Below are positions 36,882 to 47,370 of a stretch of 64,000 bases of DNA, piece after piece. Within the stretch, counting starts at the first letter, position 1, and each line of letters starts with the position of its first letter. This stretch comes from Rhynchopus sp. YZ270_cl-10 (Eukaryota), in the NCBI GenBank assembly GCA_964035575.1, contig OZ037834.1, positions 1,116,001 to 1,180,000 of the forward strand, given 5' to 3'. The notes under the pieces are model-generated. The model did no database searches. It saw nothing but the letters and a program-made list of their open reading frames with translations, and was not told where the DNA came from. A program made the position numbers and the translations under genes.

Positions 36882-38015
36882 CTACGCCCGCCGCAGCCCT
36901 GAATTGAGTGCCACTGACGGCAGCTCTGCCCTTCCCATCCCCGCCTCCTCCTCCTCCTCTCCGCCCACACCCGGGGGCGTGACACTGATGGATACTCCTA
37001 CTGCAGAGTGATACACATTTGTCACATGCGGCAGCAGACAGGTCAACCGCGCCGTGCATTTGCAGGACTCCAGCGGCAGATCCCGCCCTTCTCTCTGTAT
37101 ACAGTGCTGCCCGACGGGGGCCTTCTTCTTTTCCTTTTTTTCCTTCTTATCTTTCTTCTCTTCGCGGTCTCGAGTCAGCTTTCGTCCTTTGTCGATGAGG
37201 AATCGTTGCGCTTCTTCTCGGCTAGGTAATGTATCCCCCGAGGATAGCAGCCACGTATGAAAGCGAAGGAGTTGGAGGTAACGAAGCCGGAGGGTACGTA
37301 AGGGGAGGGGGCGGTTCTGCGCGTCCCGGTCGATGTTGATGTCGTATACCCGCCCGCACTGTGCTTCAGAGACAACAGCTTGGGGAAGGCAGACGTTGAT
37401 GCGCGAACCTCGCTCCCCTTTTGCAATGACACGGAAGACACGACGTGGAGCCTTCGCAGTGACATTAGCTTGGGAATGGAGGCATGGTGGGGTGTTCTCT
37501 TCGGGTGCAACAAACGCGTCTACTTCAGCTCGAACCTGGCCGCATCGACTGTACAACCCATCCTGGCCAAGAAATGATTGCAAATAGGTTTCCAAAGCGG
37601 AACGTCGTTTTTCGATTAACCGTTTTGATCGGTTTGTGCGTATCCAGGGTCCATAGGGGGAGGGTAGGCTAGGCAGACCGGTGTCCCAGGCCATGTGTGC
37701 GAAGCCGCGTGAGAGGGGTGATTTGGAGCGGACGCCCTTTTCCAGGAGGAGCGTGTTGAGGTTCTGGTGGAAGGCGCGCACCTCGCTGTAGCGGCGGCAG
37801 ACGACCCACTCCTCGGTACGGCTGCAGCAGAGCACCGCGTAGCGCACTTCCACACGCTCGGGGAGGTACACCAGGGTCACAGACGGCGCGCTGATGCCCA
37901 GCAGCAGAACGTCCCCCAAAGGCACCCCACGCGAAGGCGACTGCGACGCCGCATGCCTTTCACGTGCATGCGACTGATGATGCGACCCACCTGCATGCAT
38001 CTGAGGGCGCGACAT
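36882..38015 (-). CDS. PX (Phox homology) domain protein (377 aa)
   Basis: WVVCRRYSEVRAFHQNL...LPSLP...IEKRRSALETYLQ; a second degenerate PX-like segment RLRYLQLLRFHTWL. Confidence 0.88.
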   Translation of the reverse strand: MSRPQMHAGGSHHQSHARERHAASQSPSRGVPLGDVLLLGISAPSVTLVYLPERVEVRYAVLCCSRTEEWVVCRRYSEVRAFHQNLNTLLLEKGVRSKSPLSRGFAHMAWDTGLPSLPSPYGPWIRTNRSKRLIEKRRSALETYLQSFLGQDGLYSRCGQVRAEVDAFVAPEENTPPCLHSQANVTAKAPRRVFRVIAKGERGSRINVCLPQAVVSEAQCGRVYDINIDRDAQNRPLPLRTLRLRYLQLLRFHTWLLSSGDTLPSREEAQRFLIDKGRKLTRDREEKKDKKEKKEKKKAPVGQHCIQREGRDLPLESCKCTARLTCLLPHVTNVYHSAVGVSISVTPPGVGGEEEEEAGMGRAELPSVALNSGLRRA

Positions 38016-39443
38016 CGGGGAGCAGGGAGGAAAGGGGTAAAGAGGTTAGGTCAAGGGGGCATATTACGTTAGGTGGCCGTGTTGCTGTAGGAGGGGTGGG
38101 GTGGGGATGGTGTCATCCTTCGACAAAACGCCGCAAGGCAGAACAATCGTAAAAGGTTGGGACGATGCTGGGCACTTTGAGTGTTTCTGCGGCTAGTAAG
38201 TTGGCCTTTAAGAAATAGTAACTCTGATAGGTAAGTAAAAGGAACAAAGGTTTTTTATCGTTGATTGCACAATTACCCTGTTGGATGGGTGATTGGCGAC
38301 CGTATCTGAGGAACTATTTCTCCTTTTAGCTACGCTTGTAGGTATAAGAAGAAAAAAATGAATTTCGTGTGGGGAGGGAAATAGAATGAAAAAAGGAAAG
38401 GTGTGGGTAGTTGCTGTGTCATCGGTTCAACATTGAGGAGGGGATGGTGGGGAAGGGCAGACGTACTGTTGGAAAGAAAAAACAACAACTCATGTAAATA
38501 GTGTAATTTTTTTTTCTTTTCCAAAAACAAATTCCTTGTTACATAACGAACGCACACAATTGTAACAAACGCTTTGAGCTGGTTAACAAAGGAAATCCCT
38601 TTGTTACTTTGCTTGTTACCCAGGGGTGTACCGCAGCTATCGTGAGATGGAGAGAGGGAGAGGGGAGATTACGCTGTTATTTTATGTTTTCTTTTTAAAT
38701 ATATTTTGTATTTTTCTTTGGGGGTTTTTCGCCGTTTTGTGACATTTCCGAGCCAATCCCGGGCTGTGGTGGGGGATATACGGAAAAATGGACAAAATTT
38801 TAGTGCTTTAAATTTTCACGTTTTTTTTTAATAACAGAGTATTTTTCCCTGTTTCCAGGTGTATTTTTGGGTGTCTTGCAGGGTGCATCTAAAAAATTAG
38901 AAAATTTAAAAACGAAAACGAAAACGCCTTATTTGGGCTTTTTCGCGACCGCTCTTTCCAATCCGAAAATTATCGACCCTATTTTTTTACAACCTGGTAT
39001 AGTCATATCACACCCTCAGTCAACATCAGCCAAAAAGTCACTTTTTCAAAAACGGATTCTCGCATTTGAAGGTGCAAAAAAGGCTCAGATCGCTTCAAAA
39101 CGTGCGTTTTGAACCGAACGACAACCCTCTCTGAATTCACGACATTTTTTCTCGACCCGATTAGTGGAGTAGATATTTGTTATTACCCCCTGGTTACCCT
39201 ACTGACACATTTTCAAAAGAATGGGCGTAATTCTTTTTCCTCAAAAGAGAGAAAAGACAAAAATAGGCGATTACACTACACCTCAAAAACAAAGAAACGT
39301 TTATAAGATGATTGCTTAGTCACCTTACAAACAAATGAATTAGGTGGGGAGGGACATAATTTTCTTTTATTGAAACACAATTCCACTAAAAAAAACGAAG
39401 ACAAGAACACGAAGGTGCAAATCACCCCTCCCCTTCAGCCACC

Positions 39444-42137
39444 TCACACAGTTACCCCACCATCCAAGACACACTGCACCTGCGGGGCAACCGTCACCAC
39501 CTCCGCGTACCCTGAGGTCCGCAGCTGTGCCTCCCAGAAAGACTTCACGGACCCCTCCGGCGCGCCTTTGAACAGCACACTGTGGTCGTAGTTTGGGAAG
39601 GCGACCATCTGGTCTAGGTGCAGCCCCTTTACGAGGGGCGTGAATGGGATTGCATTTGGCAGAGTCTCCTCACGCACGGAGGCTAAACCATCACTCTTTG
39701 TGGGCGCCTTTAGACCACAAAGCGACAGCGCCCTGAGATACAGCAGGCCACGCTCCACTGCACTCAGGGAGAACGGCATGTGGAGCTTGAACTTCGCCAC
39801 CACAAAGGGCATGAGGTCCGCCCGCCAATACTCCTGGGCATGCTGCGAGAGGAAGAGAAGCTTTTTCATATACAAAGCGTTCTGACGACATTGCTGTTCA
39901 AGCGTGAGGGTGGCCTCCTTTTTGATTTGCACCGCACGCCATGCTTTGAAGCCTCGCGCAGCCATTTCGACCTGAAGGTAGTGTTGTACTGCAGGACGGT
40001 AGTGCCGTAATCCGCTGTAAACTACACCAACATGCTTCATGTTGACACCATAGTAGTGGCAGACGGCGCTGACCGAAGGGTGCATCGGCATGCCGGTAAG
40101 AGGCTGTGCTGCCAGCCCGCATTTGGTAGTGATGTTGGGGGTGGCTGCGCCGTCTTCGTTCTCCCAGCGTGAGACGTAGCACCCAGCGCATACCCAACAG
40201 CACTGTTCCTTCATGTTCGTGCACGCATGGAACCTAAAGCGGTTCTGAGAGTCTACCTTCTCATGGCATGAGACGCAGAAGATGACCTTAGGGTGTGGTG
40301 CCTCTCCCCTCGCAGGGCGGGATGCAAACCCATTCGGTAGTGTTAAAGTGGAAAAGCAGTCTGCCACCCTCTCGATAAGCTGCGTCCGTATAAAGTGGGT
40401 GAGTCTTGCACACTGGAGGTTTTTCTTGAGGCTCTGGGTCTCATCGAGAAAGGATGTGAAACAGTCCGGGTCGACCGCGCCAGCGAAGGACGCCAACGCC
40501 TCAGGGCGGACACAGCTCTTCATTAGATTCCTCCAGTCCTGCTCCCCAGAATCCGACGGCAGTGTCTGGGGCAGCAGCCGCGCAACATTCGTCACATACA
40601 CCCTCCCATCCCCCCCAGCAAGCACCTGAGAGTCTCTGTTCAACCCCCAATCCCTCTCAGGATCGCCACCCTCCTTTCCGTGAATCCCTATCTCAGACCC
40701 GACCCTCCGCAATGCTGTCAGATAGGGTGCTGGGAGGGGGCCAGCACGGGTTTCTCCTGCATATTTTTTACCGCCGTCGGTACTGCCGAGGAGGAGCGAG
40801 GAGATTGAGACCGGGATCAACGCGGTGCAGAGGAAGCGCTGCCCTGCGAAGGCGACTGTACAGCAGAGGGGTGCACTGAGCATCGGGGTGCGGAAGGTGT
40901 AGAGCAGGTTTGTGTGCTTGAGCTGCAGGCTTTGGTATTTGGCTGCGGCAGTGAAGGTCTTGAACACAGAACCCTGAGCAGCATTCTCTGACGCCTGCTC
41001 CACCAAAACTCCGTTCACAATATAAGCAAAATCCCCTGCAATTCCGCCCAAAGGGAACACAGTGCGCTTTCGCGAGCGTTCGCTGGTCGGCGCGCTTTCG
41101 AGTGTTATAGCGGAGCAGATTTCGGTGCACACTGTGTTGAATTGTGTTAGGATGTGGTCCGCGAGGGCTCCCCATAGTTCCGCCCGGCTGGCTCCTAGTC
41201 TGGCACCCATGAGGCTTTGCCATACTGCATTCCAAGCGGAAAACGGAGGATGCACGACACCATCATGTGAACCCCAAAAGAAATGCCGGTACGTATCAAT
41301 GAAAGACCGGAGGTCACCTCCACCTTCACCTACCCGAGCGCAGAAGTCTTCATATTCCTCTGGAAAGGCATCTCTTGGTGCGGTTTGTCTGCGGTTAATG
41401 TGCAGACCGTATCCTTGAATCGCGCCGTCCAACTGAAACCCATGCAAAAAACCTTGAGAAGGGAGCGGCGAAATGCTCAACGCAATGCGAGGAAACGGGA
41501 CCACCTTCGGAGGAACTATCCCAGTTGCGATCCCTTCGTCGTCTCCGTCCGCCTCTGGGGGCTGTGCCTTGACGTGCTCCCAACAGAGATGTGCCTCTTG
41601 CGTTTCCCCAAAGGTTTTTAAAGAAATCGGTGTGAACGCGACAGCGCCGTCCTCCAAGTAGATTGGCAGCCACCGCACCTGAAAGGGGTCCACCACGATG
41701 CGGCCTGCCTGCACACAGAACACATCTGCGTCGGTTGTGCTCAGGACCTCGCCGTTAGGGATCTGCATAATGGGCACTGCAGTGCCTGTAGACCGCCAGA
41801 CCACACCCTCGGCAACAGCCGCACTCAAGGAGCGATCCCCTTCTAATCCGGCTTCGAGCGCCTCCCCAAGCCGTTCTGCTACCTTGGAGGCGCGGCGTGC
41901 CTTAGGGGGTGGGTGTGAGGCAGTGGAAAGGCCGGTCGCATTGGTTGTGGTGTCGTTCTTGCTTGAACTCCGTCTGCCCCGGTAGCCTGTAGGTGTTGCG
42001 CCGGTGGAGGGTTCGGTGGTGGTAGTTGGTTTCTTGGTGGAGCCGCGACGGCCGGTGACCTCTCTGGTGGAGGAGGTGGAGGTGGTGGTGGTGTTGGTAG
42101 TGGTGGTGTTGCTAGATCTTCGTGGTGGAGCCACCAT
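39444..42137 (-). CDS. CLU (clustered mitochondria)-domain protein with an inserted ZZ-like zinc finger (about 897 aa)
   Basis: GGIAG..YIVNGV, PLCCTVAFAGQRF, GSTDGG, GGDGRVYVTNVARLLP, RPE, HYYGVNMKHVG and EMAARGFK; likely start MVAPPRR at 42137. Confidence 0.87.
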   Translation of the reverse strand: MVAPPRRSSNTTTTNTTTTSTSSTREVTGRRGSTKKPTTTTEPSTGATPTGYRGRRSSSKNDTTTNATGLSTASHPPPKARRASKVAERLGEALEAGLEGDRSLSAAVAEGVVWRSTGTAVPIMQIPNGEVLSTTDADVFCVQAGRIVVDPFQVRWLPIYLEDGAVAFTPISLKTFGETQEAHLCWEHVKAQPPEADGDDEGIATGIVPPKVVPFPRIALSISPLPSQGFLHGFQLDGAIQGYGLHINRRQTAPRDAFPEEYEDFCARVGEGGGDLRSFIDTYRHFFWGSHDGVVHPPFSAWNAVWQSLMGARLGASRAELWGALADHILTQFNTVCTEICSAITLESAPTSERSRKRTVFPLGGIAGDFAYIVNGVLVEQASENAAQGSVFKTFTAAAKYQSLQLKHTNLLYTFRTPMLSAPLCCTVAFAGQRFLCTALIPVSISSLLLGSTDGGKKYAGETRAGPLPAPYLTALRRVGSEIGIHGKEGGDPERDWGLNRDSQVLAGGDGRVYVTNVARLLPQTLPSDSGEQDWRNLMKSCVRPEALASFAGAVDPDCFTSFLDETQSLKKNLQCARLTHFIRTQLIERVADCFSTLTLPNGFASRPARGEAPHPKVIFCVSCHEKVDSQNRFRFHACTNMKEQCCWVCAGCYVSRWENEDGAATPNITTKCGLAAQPLTGMPMHPSVSAVCHYYGVNMKHVGVVYSGLRHYRPAVQHYLQVEMAARGFKAWRAVQIKKEATLTLEQQCRQNALYMKKLLFLSQHAQEYWRADLMPFVVAKFKLHMPFSLSAVERGLLYLRALSLCGLKAPTKSDGLASVREETLPNAIPFTPLVKGLHLDQMVAFPNYDHSVLFKGAPEGSVKSFWEAQLRTSGYAEVVTVAPQVQCVLDGGVTV

Positions 42138-42534
42138 TGTAGTTTGTTTTTTGTTTTTTGTGTAAATGAAAGCTTGCGTAGGGTAGTGGGTGGGGGAGTG
42201 ATGGTGGAAGGGGGAATGTAAAGGAGAAGGAGGAGAAGGTTTCTTTTTGAGGTTGTGAGATGAGTGTCCCTGAACTTCCATGACGCACAGGAAAATCACT
42301 GGGGGTGATGAGGGAAATGTCTTTTATCACACTTAACTCTCTTTTTTGCAGTTGCAACCGCAAACATTTTCTATGAAGGTCGTCCTGAGTATTAAAAGTT
42401 AGGGCATTGCAAGGTCCATTCGCAGTCCGGTGTCTTCACTACGTTCCTACCTCATGCCCTCCTACGGTAAATGATGATACAATCACTTCTCAAGCACACA
42501 CCACGAGTGAAAGTAAAAGTAGAAGAAACGGTGT

Positions 42535-42607
42535 TGGTCGTGACAGGGCTCGAACCTGGGACCGTTGGCGTATTAGACCAATGCTCTACCGACTGAGCTA
42601 CAACCGA
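42535..42607 (-). tRNA. tRNA-Ile(AAT)-like gene with a defective acceptor stem (possible pseudogene or SINE head)
   Basis: D arm TAGCTCAGTCGGTAGAGC; anticodon arm TTGGT-CTAATAC-GCCAA; T arm CAGGTTCGAGCCCTG; the 5' acceptor strand TCGGTTG pairs poorly with CACGACC. Confidence 0.75.
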
Positions 42608-42838
42608 CAATAATGAGGAAAGGAACCACCTACCTGGGGCCCGCGTTACTTTTTTTTTTCCTTTGTATTTTGCACAAAAGAGCAGTAGAAACGTGCTAAA
42701 ACGCATCTCAGTCGAGCTCATGCAAAGGGTGGGACGTGGGTGTTCCGTACCGCACAAAATGCCTACTTCATCTTAGTGGTCTGAGGAATTGCAAAATGGT
42801 CAAAAAATGCAAAAACGTCGGGAAAATGGGTTATTTGG

Positions 42839-43198
42839 TTATTTTCTCCAATCGAGCTTCAGCACCTTATCGTTACGTTCGCGAAAGGCATTGACGCATT
42901 CATCCCAATCCTGCTCAGTGTATATATAGACCTTGTCTCCGTCTTCGTCATTGTAACCCACGGCGTATTTAATACTGTAGCCTCTCGCGGCTTTCAGCCA
43001 CGTCCTGATATCCTCAAACGAGGGGTTTCTGAAGCGGCCCCTCCGGAACGAGGTACTTTTTGTCTCGTCCCCATTTTCGTCAATAAATTTATGCAAGGTG
43101 ACCTTGACTATTAGCTCATCATCAGTGTGCGGGTTGACAACGAGGGGCGGCGCGGATGCTGGGGCTGCCATATTCTTTCTTTTAATAGACCCCACCAT
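42839..43198 (-). CDS. Stand-alone PB1 domain protein, pair 1 copy a
   Basis: LIVKVTL (basic Lys) and YNDEDGDKVYI (OPCA motif); start at 43198 or 43171. Confidence 0.8.
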   Translation of the reverse strand: MVGSIKRKNMAAPASAPPLVVNPHTDDELIVKVTLHKFIDENGDETKSTSFRRGRFRNPSFEDIRTWLKAARGYSIKYAVGYNDEDGDKVYIYTEQDWDECVNAFRERNDKVLKLDWRK

Positions 43199-43430
43199 GG
43201 AGACTGATTTGAAGGGGGTTTGCAGTGTTTCTTTTGTGTCAAACACTTTACAATCTGGGCAAAAAATATGTACTTTTTTTTTGACACTTTTTCATTTCTT
43301 CCCATACAGTAGGACAAGTAATGGTTGACAACCAAAAAGGAAGAGTCTTTTATCACCCTGCTTTTAACTCTCCTTTTGCGGTTATAACCGCAAACATTTT
43401 TTTTCAAGCACAGCAAAAATAAAGAAAAGT

Positions 43431-43720
43431 TTATAAGATGACCCTAAGCCTCTCGTGCTTAGTCACCTTATCATATTCGTTATCGCACAGCAGATGGCGC
43501 ACTGTCTCGGTGTGTCCATAATGTGCCGCAAAAAGAAGACCTGTATTACTCTTGTCATCCGCCACACGCACGTCTGCTCCTGCGTCCACCAACATCTTCA
43601 CAATCGGAAGTTCCCCTAGCTCACAGGCAACGTGAAGAGGTGAACATCCCCTGTCGTCCTTCCTCAATGTTTGCCCCTGCATCCATGAGCACCTGCACCA
43701 AAACTGAGTGCTTCTAGGGC
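43431..43720 (-). pseudogene. Ankyrin-repeat fragment, frameshifted and capped by a family A element
   Basis: LVQVLMDAGANIE in one frame continues as KDDRGCSPLHVACELG...DAGADV in another; the tail DKVTKHERLRVIL* is the translated family A repeat. Confidence 0.75.
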
Positions 43721-43750
43721 ACTGGACAGTTCAGGCCAGCAGACCATACA

Positions 43751-44110
43751 CTACGACCAATGGAGCTTCAACACCTTCTCGTTACGTTCACGCCAGGCAC
43801 AGACGCATTCATCCCAATCCTGCTCAGCGAACATATTTATCCTGTCTCCGTCTTCGTCCTTGTAATACACGGGGCGTTTGGAAACGTAGCCTGTCGCGGT
43901 TCCCAGCCACGTCTTGATATCCTCCAACGAGGGGTTGCTGAAGCGGCCCCTCCGGAAGTCAGGCGTGGTAAGTGTTGTCACGGTACCCTTTTCGTCTGTA
44001 AAAGTATGTAAGGTGATCTTGACTATTAGCTCATCAGTGCGCGGATTGACAGGGAGGGGCGGCGCGGATGCTGGGGCTGCCATGTTCTTTCTTTTAATAG
44101 ACCCCACCAT
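43751..44110 (-). CDS. Stand-alone PB1 domain protein, pair 1 copy b
   Basis: Tandem duplicate of 42839..43198; YKDEDGDRINM. Confidence 0.8.
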   Translation of the reverse strand: MVGSIKRKNMAAPASAPPLPVNPRTDELIVKITLHTFTDEKGTVTTLTTPDFRRGRFSNPSLEDIKTWLGTATGYVSKRPVYYKDEDGDRINMFAEQDWDECVCAWRERNEKVLKLHWS

Positions 44111-44255
44111 GGAGACTGATTTGAAAGGGTTTTGCAGTGTCGACAAACACTTTATAAACTGGGCAAAATATCTGCACTTTTTTTGACACTTTTTTTTTCA
44201 TTTCCCATAATCTGAGACCATCCCCTCCCCCCAAAAAGGTTAAAAAAAAAACACC

Positions 44256-46388
44256 TCAATCAATCTGGTCCGCCGGATTGAAGTGCCTTTCCCCGAAGTA
44301 CTCTTCACTCTCCTCCTCCCCCCCTTCCTCCCCCTCTTCCTCCTCCTCCCAGTCATCGTCATCTTCACATGTAGATGCATCAGAGGAAGTCGGTGCGGAG
44401 TACTCTTCCGATTCTTCGCAGTCTTCAGGTAGCATCGTATCGCCTGCGGAGCGAAAACCGTACATCAGTAGTAAGGCCGCTGCAGCGCGGTCGTTTGCCT
44501 GCCTGCCTTGCGATGCGAGCTCGTCCACCATATGCTGGGGGAGGTTCGCGTCCCCATAGTAGCAGGACAGTCCGAGGTCCTCTAGCACGTCGGGAGACGG
44601 CGGTAGGTGCCCCTCGAGGAGGGCTCGACGAACCCCTCGTAGTTGTATGACGCGATCGATGGCGTCATCTGCTGCTGGAAGGTTGGGTGGGAATGAAAGC
44701 ATATGAAAGCGGCGGTTGCGTTCGGCCAAATGAATGAATCTGTCCACCGCATCAACGTTCGCTGCAACAGGTTGCGCCAAATCCCTATACCGCGCAAGCG
44801 TTTTGTTCTCATCGATATATGAATACCAGCGGGATTTCCGCCTTCCAAACTTTGAAATTGACCTCCCAGGTTTCATAATACGCGCCTCACTTCGGTCAAC
44901 ATACTGTGCAACCAACAAAGCCTCTTTCGCCCAATCAGGCCTCCTCCCCAACATCTTCTCTGCCTCTTCATCTGTCGGCCGGGTAAACCCTATCAATGTC
45001 TTTTGTGTATACGTTGACGTTACCTCCTCGCCAAACAGCTTAGAATGCCGCATACACGACAGGATATACGAAAGAGTCACCGGATGGTGGAAATGATCTG
45101 CACCCCACAAATTATGCTGCATATTCTGTACAAGAAGGTAGCGTTGCGGGGATGTTTCATCCCTCCCATCAAATACTAAGACATCCTCGGAGAGTGCAGG
45201 ACGCCATTCTTCGTTGAGTCGCATCAGAGTACCGACGTCAAATTGGATATCTTGATCACCATAGTGCGCTGACAGAAGCTGGCGGAGACAGTCATCACGC
45301 CAGCCGTAGACATTGCGGACAAGCTCGATGTAAACCTCCACTGGAGGAAGCAGTACATCCGCCGCTGCGATGTCAGCTGCGTCGCTGCCGTCTACGTTCT
45401 GTACTGTGTACTTCCCCGTCTTTTTGTTGTACGATTGGACCAATCGAAGATGTTTCATATCCCACCGAAACGACGATCCCGGAGCTAACGTAGCAACATA
45501 GCGCTTCCGCAGCAATACTGGAGTGTTTTTTGCATAGATCTGCGGAAACGAACTCTCCTCAGTACACGACAGTACCTCATTCAACTTAAATTTATTGAAA
45601 AAGTCGAGATTTGCCAGACGAATCGAATATTCCTTCCCAATCGCCACGGTAGATGCCGGCACCTCCCCTTCCCCTTCCTCTTCCCCTTCAAATTCATCCG
45701 GGAGTTCAAGGATTAACACTTTGAACCTCTGTTTGTCCTTCACCACGCCGGTCACAATCGCCTCACAATCATTGAGATGCGTAGCGCTTAGTCTAGACAG
45801 CATTGCCGTACTGCCTAGACCTACCATATCAAAGGACGTGGCGTACCCTTTGACCATACCCACCTCAGAGAGGTCTGTGTGGGGTCCGAGACTCTGCTGG
45901 TTTTCTTCGGGGAGTCGTTCTTTGGGAGGGTAGACGGATTCGAGGAAGGTCTGCAGGTGTGGTGTGTCACGACAGAGTGTGACGATGTCGCAGATCCGCT
46001 TCTGCGAGGGTGGTATGCGGGTGGCGTACTGCGCAACACCGCTGTTGCGGAGGACCGTTGCGAGGGTGGTGGTGCATCGATCTGTACCCTTCGTTTTCAA
46101 GCTTTCTAGCAAAGTGTACAGCGGGGTACGGCCTGCATAGTCAACCGCATTGGCAAAGTGGACGGCATGTGTCTCCCCGATCCTTCCCTGCACATCGAAG
46201 AGAGTTTGTAAGACCTCAGCACTGCAGCCATGTGCCGCTATGTGCAAAGGCGTGCACCCCTCCGCATTGCGTGCATACAACAGTGTAATGTTCTCCTCCA
46301 AAGCAGCAGAAACCTTCTGTGCAGCCTGGTCACCCTGCTCGCTGCATGCTGTGAAGAACGCTGATACAGCGGGGGAGTGTTTCTCCAT
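44256..46388 (-). CDS. Ankyrin-repeat protein with an unrecognised central/C-terminal region and acidic tail (about 710 aa)
   Basis: RNAEGCTPLHIAA and AVDYAGRTPLY; likely start MEKHSP at 46388. Confidence 0.82.
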   Translation of the reverse strand: MEKHSPAVSAFFTACSEQGDQAAQKVSAALEENITLLYARNAEGCTPLHIAAHGCSAEVLQTLFDVQGRIGETHAVHFANAVDYAGRTPLYTLLESLKTKGTDRCTTTLATVLRNSGVAQYATRIPPSQKRICDIVTLCRDTPHLQTFLESVYPPKERLPEENQQSLGPHTDLSEVGMVKGYATSFDMVGLGSTAMLSRLSATHLNDCEAIVTGVVKDKQRFKVLILELPDEFEGEEEGEGEVPASTVAIGKEYSIRLANLDFFNKFKLNEVLSCTEESSFPQIYAKNTPVLLRKRYVATLAPGSSFRWDMKHLRLVQSYNKKTGKYTVQNVDGSDAADIAAADVLLPPVEVYIELVRNVYGWRDDCLRQLLSAHYGDQDIQFDVGTLMRLNEEWRPALSEDVLVFDGRDETSPQRYLLVQNMQHNLWGADHFHHPVTLSYILSCMRHSKLFGEEVTSTYTQKTLIGFTRPTDEEAEKMLGRRPDWAKEALLVAQYVDRSEARIMKPGRSISKFGRRKSRWYSYIDENKTLARYRDLAQPVAANVDAVDRFIHLAERNRRFHMLSFPPNLPAADDAIDRVIQLRGVRRALLEGHLPPSPDVLEDLGLSCYYGDANLPQHMVDELASQGRQANDRAAAALLLMYGFRSAGDTMLPEDCEESEEYSAPTSSDASTCEDDDDWEEEEEGEEGGEEESEEYFGERHFNPADQID

Positions 46389-47370
46389 GGAAAATTCTGG
46401 TTGGATGGGGTGGTATTGGTGGGAAGAAGTGAGTGGAGAAAATGTTGAAATTGTGGGGGGTGGTGAGGAAGGTTGTGTTGCGTTAATATTGGTGGATACC
46501 TTCAGGTTCAAAAGCAGCAAAACAATATAAGAAACTTGGATGAATTTGTGCCTCTCGTGCACAACAACATCTAATAATCGAAGGAGGAAGCGTAAAGGCA
46601 GATATGGTTTGCATGTTTGGTTGGTAATAACACTGTGTGGTTTACGACTGTGTCTCGGGTTTTGACATAAAATGAAAAGATAATGGAAAGCGCAGCTTCG
46701 CCCTTTCAAGGGACGCTTGCCACCACAAAGCACTACCGGCACACAGAAGCGTGCAGCACAGCAAATCTCTCATCATTCACACAAAAAGTGTCACATAAAT
46801 TTGTCGTTCCCTCACCCCCCCTTTCTTGTAGTTGTTTGATGCGTTGACGCTTCCGCACACACTAATCTCACCGGTTGGGTGGTGCTGCGGAGCACGGTTG
46901 GGGTGAGTGAACGACGTGACACTTTCCGCTCACAAAGCAGTGTGTAAAAAAGGGCACCTTTTCGCTTTGGTGCAGAGCGGTCAATATGGAGAGCGCAGAG
47001 GTGCAGCCTTGGCTATCTATCTGTGTGCTGAGGGTGCAGAGCTGTTATGGTATTGACGGTAGCATGTGGTGTGCTGTGGCAGATGTGGTGTAGTTCCGAA
47101 TGTCACTCCAAAGCGTTGTTCTTTATATGCGTTTATGTATGTGACATCCAAAAGAAATGTTGACGTGAAATACAAAAACCCTCTCATAACAGTGTACCAA
47201 TGCATCGTGGGTGGACCCAACCATACAGTCCTCATCCATTTCGCGGTTCACATCTTAAAAAGGGCTAGGAAAACAGCAAAGAGTCACTGTATTTTCATAT
47301 CAATACTTCGAAAAAGGCTCGGGGTTGGCAGCCATCTTGCGGTTGGCGTCTTAACCTTTTCCTACTCCAT

